A stretch of DNA of 20,000 nucleotides from an uncultured virus (IMG/VR IMGVR_UViG_3300026116_000037) (Duplodnaviria; Heunggongvirae; Uroviricota; Caudoviricetes). Positions within the stretch are counted from its first letter, which is position 1. Each line of letters starts with the position of its first letter. The stretch lies in IMG/VR virus record IMGVR_UViG_3300026116_000037, one strand, 5' to 3'. The notes below the pieces were generated by a model. That model was not told where the DNA came from, did no database searches, and saw only the letters and a program-made list of their open reading frames with translations. This document shows positions 14,136-20,000 of the stretch, in pieces. The position numbers and the translations under genes were made by a program.

Positions 14136-16247
14136 GTGCTTAATGCACTAGGACTCGGCTTCATTTTCCAGGCGAAGGACGAGGCCTCGGAGGTGATCCA
14201 CAAGCTCCACGAGGGCGTGGAGGAACTGGAGCACGCCGGCCACAAGGCGCACCATTCGATCCTGCAATCGATCGGCATGAGCGGCAAGGCGATCGCCGGC
14301 ATGGCCCTCGCCGTGGGGGGCGCCGCCGCCGTGGGGGCGTGGGAGTTCGCCGAAGCAAGCGAGCGGTTCGGGAGCGCCATCCGACAGGCCGGCGTCGCCG
14401 CCCACGCCACGACGGAGGAGTTGGAGGAATTCGAGGCCATGGCGAAGAGCCGGGCGTTCGACGCCCTCAAGGGCTCCGCCGTCGAGACGGCGCAGGTTCT
14501 CGCGGAGCTGGCGAAAGAGGGCTACAACCTCGAAGAGAGTGGCCAGGCCCTCGATGGAACGCTGAACCTGATGAGGATCTCCATGGGCGCGCTCGGCGCC
14601 AAGGAGGCCGCGGGCCTGGTGAACGACACCCTCGGACAGTTCGGCATGAAGGCGGACGAGGCGGGAGAGTTGGCGGATAAGCTCGCCTTCGCCATGGGTC
14701 ATTTCGGCTTCCGAGCCGAGGAGCTTTCGGGCGTGATGTCCGGGCTTGCTTCGGGCGCCAAGCTCACGAACTCCTCGCTCGACGACACCCTGATCGGCGT
14801 CGGCTTGATCAAGCAAGTTTTCCCGAGCGCGACCAAGGCCGCTAGCGCGATGAACGTGGCGCTTCAACAGCTCGCCAGCACGCACACGCAAAAAGAGTTG
14901 GCTGGCATCGGCGTCGCGGTGAAGGACACCCACGGGAAGATGCTGCCGCTTCTCGACGTGATGAAGAATCTTGCCGCGCGCACGCAGCACATGACCGAAG
15001 CGCAGATCTCCCACCAGCTCGCGACGATTGGATCCTCGCGCGCCGCCGGTGGCCTGTCGGTCATCATCGACGCCTTGAAGAAGGGCGTCACCGATTCGTC
15101 CGGCGTCCTGCACACGGGCGCCGACGCCCTAGCCTACTATCGGAAGCAGCTCACCGAAACGGACGGCACGGCTAAGCGAATGGCTGACATGCTCGGGGAC
15201 GACCTCGGCGGTGCGCTGAAGGCCTTGAAGGGGGCCCTCAGCAACGCGGCCGTCGGGCTCGGCTCCATGTTCGAAGGTGGTTTCAAGACCGGGGTCCAAA
15301 ACCTGAACCTCTTGGTGCGCGGCCTCACCCAGCTTTTCACCCAAGGAGGCTTCTCCGGCGACGTCAAGGATGCGCTAGACAAGCACCTCGGGATCAAAGA
15401 GTTCGCAATCCAGACGTTCATTTGGATCGAGCGAATCAAAAACTTTTTCACCAACCTCGGCGAATCGTTTCAAACGGCGTTCGCGCCGTTCAAGCCCATC
15501 CTCTCGGAGATCGCCGACGCGTTCGGATTCCTCGGCCAAGAGCTGGGTCTCACCGGACAAGGGGCCGACGACAACGCCTCGAAATGGGACTCGTTCGGCG
15601 CGGCCGGTGCGAGGGTGGGCGCCCTTCTCGCCGAGGTGGCGGGCGTGATTTTGCCGCTCGTGAAGTGGGCGATCCTGGGAGTTGCCGGAGGCGTCCAGGT
15701 CGCTAAAGATCTCTGGGAAAGCTTCGGCGACACCATCGGCAGCGTTTGGGGCCTCCTGTCCGGCTTCGTCCGCGTCGTCGCCGGCCTCTTCTCGGGGAAT
15801 TGGAAAATGGTTTGGGACGGCGTGATCGATGTCGTCGCGAATGCGGCGTTGGCCATGGTGAACATCATCATGGGGATCGCCGGATGGATCGGTAAGGCCG
15901 TGGACAAGATCGGCGGGATGTTCGGGAAGGACCTCGGCATCAAGGGCGGCTTGGATGAGCTGAAGAAGGAGTGGACCGGCAACATCAAATTCGGCGCGAA
16001 TGAGTTGAAGGCCGTTGTCCAGGGCGAGCCCTCGCCCGCCAAAGCGGCGATCGAAGGTCAGGCCAAGGCGAGCGGCGCCGCAATGGTGGGGGCCGTAGGA
16101 TCTGCCGAGGGCAGCGAACAACACGTGCACTCGCACGTCAGCCTCCACGTCGACGGAGAGAAGATCGCCGAGGCGACCGCATCGGCCAAGCGCTCGGCCG
16201 GAGCCCGCTCGTTCCGCCACGTGCCCGCACACGAGGGAGGTTTCTAA
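14136..16247 (+). CDS. Tail tape measure protein (TP901-like core), 703 aa
   Basis: Ala/Gly-rich helical sequence with FGMKADEAGELADKL, GVAVKDTHGKMLPLLDVM, GTAKRMAD...LGGALKALKGA, Trp-periodic C-terminal repeats and VDGEKIAEA. GAGGT Shine-Dalgarno before GTG. Confidence 0.93.
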   Translation: MLNALGLGFIFQAKDEASEVIHKLHEGVEELEHAGHKAHHSILQSIGMSGKAIAGMALAVGGAAAVGAWEFAEASERFGSAIRQAGVAAHATTEELEEFEAMAKSRAFDALKGSAVETAQVLAELAKEGYNLEESGQALDGTLNLMRISMGALGAKEAAGLVNDTLGQFGMKADEAGELADKLAFAMGHFGFRAEELSGVMSGLASGAKLTNSSLDDTLIGVGLIKQVFPSATKAASAMNVALQQLASTHTQKELAGIGVAVKDTHGKMLPLLDVMKNLAARTQHMTEAQISHQLATIGSSRAAGGLSVIIDALKKGVTDSSGVLHTGADALAYYRKQLTETDGTAKRMADMLGDDLGGALKALKGALSNAAVGLGSMFEGGFKTGVQNLNLLVRGLTQLFTQGGFSGDVKDALDKHLGIKEFAIQTFIWIERIKNFFTNLGESFQTAFAPFKPILSEIADAFGFLGQELGLTGQGADDNASKWDSFGAAGARVGALLAEVAGVILPLVKWAILGVAGGVQVAKDLWESFGDTIGSVWGLLSGFVRVVAGLFSGNWKMVWDGVIDVVANAALAMVNIIMGIAGWIGKAVDKIGGMFGKDLGIKGGLDELKKEWTGNIKFGANELKAVVQGEPSPAKAAIEGQAKASGAAMVGAVGSAEGSEQHVHSHVSLHVDGEKIAEATASAKRSAGARSFRHVPAHEGGF

Positions 16248-16250
16248 GTC

Positions 16251-16838
16251 GTGCCCGCCACCATCGCAGACGTGAACGCCGCCGGGGGCGCCATCCAGCA
16301 GCGCGCGCCGCGGATGTATCTCCAGGATCTTCAGACGCTCGAAATCGTAGAGGCCCAATTCAACCCGGCCAAGCTCAACGAGGTCTTGGCCGTCGACTGG
16401 AACCGCCTCGTCTCGCCGGGCAACAGCCACCGGCGGATGCAATACAGCTACACCGATAACCACAAGGTCACTTTTGAGCTGATCTTCGACGCTCTCCAGG
16501 CCGGCAACGTGACCGACATGGAGGACGCGCGCCGGTTCTTGTTCTCGCTCTGCTACGCCAAGAAGGGCGCCCAGAACATCCGAGAGGGCGAGGCGACGCG
16601 CGTGCTTTTCGTTTGGCCAAACCTCTTCACCATGACGTGCGTGATGACCAACGTCGCGTTCGAGCATACGGCTTTCAACCTCGCCGGACAGCCGATCTAC
16701 TCGACCGCGAAGATCGCGATCGAGGAGATTCGCGACGCGCGCCTCTACTCCGAGGACGTTCGCGCCACCGGCACCCAGCGCACCTCCGCCTCGTCTCAGG
16801 CCAACACGACCGCCGGACCGCCCGGTCAAAAGGTGTAA
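16251..16838 (+). CDS. Baseplate tube-initiator / CIS-tube-like protein
   Basis: AQFNPAKL, FELIFD, RVLFVWP, FNLAGQPIYSTAKIAIEE pattern. Lies directly after the tape measure gene. Confidence 0.8.
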   Translation: MPATIADVNAAGGAIQQRAPRMYLQDLQTLEIVEAQFNPAKLNEVLAVDWNRLVSPGNSHRRMQYSYTDNHKVTFELIFDALQAGNVTDMEDARRFLFSLCYAKKGAQNIREGEATRVLFVWPNLFTMTCVMTNVAFEHTAFNLAGQPIYSTAKIAIEEIRDARLYSEDVRATGTQRTSASSQANTTAGPPGQKV

Positions 16839-16843
16839 GGCAT

Positions 16844-17182
16844 ATGACGGACTATTCACGCTATCTTTTCTGCCAAGGCATTACCGACGCCGCCGGCCGG
16901 CTCTTCCTCACCGACCGCGTGCCGTTCCGATTCGTCGAGCGCTCCGACAACCGGACGCACGTCGTGACCGAGGGAGACGACCTGTTCGGGCTGGCGGATC
17001 GCTACTTCACCGGCCTTCCGCGCCCGAGTCAATTTTTCTGGCTTCTGGCGGACTTCCAGCCGGAGCCTATCTTCGATCCGACCCTCCGACTCGCGATCGG
17101 GCGCCAGCTCGTGATCCCGAGCGTGCGCATGGTAGTCGAGGAAATTCTCAACGAGAGCCGACGTCCAGACTTCTTGGGCTAA
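16844..17182 (+). CDS. LysM / tail X-like baseplate protein (112 aa)
   Basis: THVVTEGDDLFGLADRYF...WLLADFQ..IFDPT..L.IGRQLVIPS is a LysM pattern. ATG 16844 after TAAGG. Confidence 0.85.
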   Translation: MTDYSRYLFCQGITDAAGRLFLTDRVPFRFVERSDNRTHVVTEGDDLFGLADRYFTGLPRPSQFFWLLADFQPEPIFDPTLRLAIGRQLVIPSVRMVVEEILNESRRPDFLG

Positions 17183-17185
17183 GTC

Positions 17186-18436
17186 ATGGCTTTCAACCCT
17201 TCCAACACCGATCGGCCGTTCTTCACGGTGAAGGTAATCCCCGAAGGGAAAGGGGCTGTCTCCGTCGATCTGTCCGATTCGATCGTCTCGTTCGAGTTCA
17301 CTGATGCGGAGAAGAAGGCCGACCTTTTGAAGCTCAAGATCAACAACTTCGATCTAGCTTTCTTCGATGATCCGATTCTGCGCAAAGGCAACATCATCGA
17401 GTTCACTTTCGGATATCCAGGCCGCACCGCGCCCCCACGCCAGTGCGTGATCCAATCGGTCAAGGGCGGCCGAACGCTGGCCGTACAGGCGCACGCGCTC
17501 TCTATGTTGATGCACAAGGTGAAGCGCACCCGGACCTGGGAAAACTACACGCTCGCCGAGATCGCAGCCAAAATCGCCGGAGAGTACGGCGAACAGCTCG
17601 GCGTACCGGGCGGCTATGACAAAGACAACATCGCGATCGAGGCCGAGCTAGATCGCAAGGTCCCGCACCGGCACCAAGCCTCCCAAACGGACGCCGAGTT
17701 TTTGAGCCGTCTAGCGAAGCGGTACGGGCTGGAGTTCTACGTCGACTCCCGCGGCCTGCATTTCAAGCGCCGAAACATGAAACAGCGGCCGGTCCGCGAG
17801 ATCACGTGGTACAACGGCGAGGGCGATTTCCTGGACTTCGACATCGAGAACGACATCACGCGGAAGCCCGGCGCCGTGACCCTCAAGGGCATCGATCCTC
17901 TGACCAAGAAGACGATCTCACATCGCGCGGACAACGACTCTACGAAGCGCTCCGGACTCGCTCCCGTGGTCGAGATCATAGACCCGCGAACGGGCCTCGC
18001 CTCCCTTCAGGCGCGACACGCCGAGGAGGACACGAACCATTCGACGGAGACCAGCGCCGCCGCGATCAAGGCGCAGGCGGCCGGGGCGTTCCAGCAAACG
18101 CAACAGACGACGGTCAAAATGTCGTTCAAGATCATCGGAGATCCCGACGTCGCGGGGAAGAGGGTGATAACGTTCAAGGGGCTGGGAAAGCGCATCTCCG
18201 GCAATTACTACGTGAACGAGGTGACCCACACGATCGATTCGTCTGGCGGCTATATCACCGCCGGCAAGGCGCACACAGACGGGCACGGCGGTTACGGCGC
18301 CCAGAACGTGGCCAGCAAGGCGGCGCTCAATGACAAAGGCGTCGGGAAGCGGCCGGAACAGATCGAGAAGGTCGACCCACGCACCGGCGAGCGGCACGTG
18401 GAATTCCGCCACTCGGGCGACGAGCCGCACACTTAG
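17186..18436 (+). CDS. Baseplate hub, phage late control D (GPD) / gp27-like
   Basis: QTDAEFLSRLAKRYGLEFYVD..GLHFK, IIGDP and GLGKRISGNYYVNEVTHTID..GGYIT. Confidence 0.92.
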   Translation: MAFNPSNTDRPFFTVKVIPEGKGAVSVDLSDSIVSFEFTDAEKKADLLKLKINNFDLAFFDDPILRKGNIIEFTFGYPGRTAPPRQCVIQSVKGGRTLAVQAHALSMLMHKVKRTRTWENYTLAEIAAKIAGEYGEQLGVPGGYDKDNIAIEAELDRKVPHRHQASQTDAEFLSRLAKRYGLEFYVDSRGLHFKRRNMKQRPVREITWYNGEGDFLDFDIENDITRKPGAVTLKGIDPLTKKTISHRADNDSTKRSGLAPVVEIIDPRTGLASLQARHAEEDTNHSTETSAAAIKAQAAGAFQQTQQTTVKMSFKIIGDPDVAGKRVITFKGLGKRISGNYYVNEVTHTIDSSGGYITAGKAHTDGHGGYGAQNVASKAALNDKGVGKRPEQIEKVDPRTGERHVEFRHSGDEPHT

Positions 18437-18457
18437 CCGCCCAAAGGAGCAACGCGC

Positions 18458-19072
18458 GTGTACGACGAGAACGGAGAGCGAAAGTATTTCGGGATCTACG
18501 GCGCGACCGTCGTCGACAACGCGGATCCCGAGGCGCTGGGGCGCGTGAGGTTCAGGATCGACGGAATGATCGAGCCGTCGAGCGGCTGGGCTTTTCCGGC
18601 CGCGCCCGGCGGCGCCGCGCAAAACGGGGTCCGGGACGTGCCCAAGAAGGGCGCGACCGTTCACGCCTTCTTCGTGAACGGCGATATCGATCAGCCGCGG
18701 TTCATGGGTGGATGGCACGGTCGGGGCGAATCTCCGACGCAGACCCCGGCCCCGGCCAACGCGGACAGGGTTAAGATCTACGAAACGGATCGCTTCCTGA
18801 TCGTCTTGAACGGAATCGGCGGCAGCGAAGAAATTTTGATTACCGACAAAACAAGCGGTGATAAAGTTTCTATGCGGCCCTCGCAGCTCACGATTCAAAG
18901 CGCGGCCAAGGTTACGGTCAAAGCGCCGCAGATCGAGATCGGAGATGACGGTCTAGGGAACGCGCCGCTGATAAACGGCGTGGTACTGGCGTCCGGGATC
19001 GATCCGTTGACCGGTCTGACGTACGGCGCTTTGGGCTCTGCTAGCTCGGTCGTGACGGCCAAGAAGGCGTAG
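18458..19072 (+). CDS. Baseplate spike, gpV / gp5 N-terminal OB-fold
   Basis: GIYGATVVDNADPEALGRVRF, WA.P and VPKKGATVHAFFVNGDIDQPRFMGG. AAGGAG before GTG. Confidence 0.93.
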   Translation: MYDENGERKYFGIYGATVVDNADPEALGRVRFRIDGMIEPSSGWAFPAAPGGAAQNGVRDVPKKGATVHAFFVNGDIDQPRFMGGWHGRGESPTQTPAPANADRVKIYETDRFLIVLNGIGGSEEILITDKTSGDKVSMRPSQLTIQSAAKVTVKAPQIEIGDDGLGNAPLINGVVLASGIDPLTGLTYGALGSASSVVTAKKA

Positions 19073-19081
19073 AATCAGGCG

Positions 19082-19309
19082 ATGGCCCTCAATGCCGACG
19101 TTCTAGGCTCCCTCATACGGACCAAGGTCGAGGCGCTATCGGCCGACGACGTGCGGGCGCGCGATCCGCTTTTCAAAGCCATCGCCGAAGCCCTGATCGA
19201 GCACATAACGAGCGCGGGACTCGTGACGGTCACGGTCGCCAGCGTCTCGGGCGTGACCAGCGGGGCGGGCGTCTCGGGGCCCGGCACCGGCACCGGCACG
19301 ATTTCCTAA
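19082..19309 (+). CDS. Small spike-associated protein (75 aa)
   Basis: Follows the spike gene. Helical N-half (AIAEALIEHI) and Gly/Thr-rich beta C-half (GVSGPGTGTGTIS). Confidence 0.7.
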   Translation: MALNADVLGSLIRTKVEALSADDVRARDPLFKAIAEALIEHITSAGLVTVTVASVSGVTSGAGVSGPGTGTGTIS

Positions 19310-19336
19310 GCCGCAAACCATAAGCCGGTAAGGCTT

Positions 19337-19345
19337 TGGTATGCT
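19337..19345 (+). promoter_or_regulatory. Putative extended -10 element (TGGTATGCT)
   Basis: TGnTAnnnT followed by 9 nt and then ATG 19355. Confidence 0.45.
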
Positions 19346-19354
19346 GGATGGACA

Positions 19355-20000
19355 ATGGGAGCCATCCTCACGCCCGACTCTGGCGCGCCCCAATCTCCCA
19401 CCGATCCGATCGTATTCGACGTTACGGACGCCGATGAGGCGCTGACGGACCTTCTGATCAGCCTCCGACACGACACAGGGATCGTCGAACTGGTGCACGA
19501 TGGGACCGCCTTCACCGCCTTCTATTCGGCGGGGTCGACGCGCACCCCCATCACGGACGGGTTCCGGTTCTCGATCGTGCGCGTGGGCGGTTGGACGGAT
19601 GCCAGTGTCTCGATCTCCGCTTATCCGTTCGCGGGCACCGGAGTCGGCCTGATTAACTTCTCATCTGATTTCGAGGTGCTCGAAGATCCTCCGGGAGAGG
19701 ATGTCGCGCTCGCGGTAACAGGTGTCACGGGCGGCACGTATGGCGACGCCGCGCACGTGGGCCGGTTCACGACCGATTCCAAGGGACGACTCTCGGACGC
19801 GTCGAGCATCACGATCTCCATTCCCTCGACGGCGATCTCCGATTCGACCTCCGCCGGCCGGGCGCTCTTGACGGCGGCCAACGCCGCCGCCCAGCGCACG
19901 GCGCTGGGTCTCGTGATCGGAACCGACGTTCAGGCTCAAGACGCCGAATTGTCCGCGATCGCCGGCCTGGCCTCGGCCGCGAACAAGCTCCCGTATTTCA
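19355..20000 (+). CDS. Tail-fibre-like protein (partial, runs off window; absent from the ORF track)
   Basis: My translation is open to the end: [23 protein letters not shown]...[26 protein letters not shown]...[19 protein letters not shown]...[23 protein letters not shown]. These segments resemble P2 gpH / lambda Stf-type fibre repeats. Confidence 0.85.
   Translation, partial: MGAILTPDSGAPQSPTDPIVFDVTDADEALTDLLISLRHDTGIVELVHDGTAFTAFYSAGSTRTPITDGFRFSIVRVGGWTDASVSISAYPFAGTGVGLINFSSDFEVLEDPPGEDVALAVTGVTGGTYGDAAHVGRFTTDSKGRLSDASSITISIPSTAISDSTSAGRALLTAANAAAQRTALGLVIGTDVQAQDAELSAIAGLASAANKLPYF

Larger units (their letters stand above)
1..20000 (+). mobile_element. Phage/prophage virion morphogenesis module (HK97-type head plus contractile tail); extends beyond both window edges
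   Basis: Unbroken co-oriented array of head, neck, sheath, tube, tape measure, baseplate hub, spike and fibre genes in canonical phage order. No integrase or att site in the window, so free phage versus prophage cannot be decided. Confidence 0.95.

Noticed and set aside
1681..16859. Long minus-strand ORFs (e.g. 1681-2712, 3485-4843, 9714-10928, 10903-12270, 15375-16859)
   Set aside because: They are antisense shadows of GC3-biased + strand genes. Their translations are Arg/Gly-rich with no recognisable motifs.
8464..17188. Repeated stop-(G)TC-start junctions (8464, 8985, 16245, 17180)
   Set aside because: Consistent with ordinary translational coupling and too short to be significant.
10972..19309. 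Headless eCIS/tailocin or T6SS locus
   Set aside because: Intact capsid, protease, head morphogenesis, neck and long tape measure genes are contiguous. No AAA ATPase or membrane complex genes are seen.

Overview
A GC-rich window that is, end to end, the virion-structure module of a contractile-tailed (myovirus-type) phage or prophage, with all credible genes on the + strand. The head genes, in order: a truncated upstream gene (probably the portal), SPP1 gp7/Mu gpF-like head morphogenesis protein, two unknown ORFs, XkdF-like prohead protease with an N-terminal DUF305 (CopM/ferritin-like) module, a scaffold-like protein, PBSX XkdG-like major capsid, and two decoration/head-fibre-like genes. These are followed by neck/head-completion genes, tail sheath, T4 gp19-type tube, a tail chaperone with a predicted -1 frameshift, tape measure, CIS-tube-like, LysM, GPD hub, gpV spike, a small spike-associated protein, and a tail-fibre-like gene running off the window. 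The most unusual part is the head-maturation cassette (1705-4741). The protease appears split across two genes. It carries an optional metal-binding DUF305 module with an internal ribosome-binding site behind it. An unannotated 311-aa protein shares a C-terminal V-x-W-x-R-D-L motif with the scaffold, which suggests a capsid cargo-loading signal. The module is also punctuated by recurrent extended -10 promoter-like motifs (two predicting leaderless mRNAs) and terminators. All family assignments are from motif recognition by eye, not database searches.
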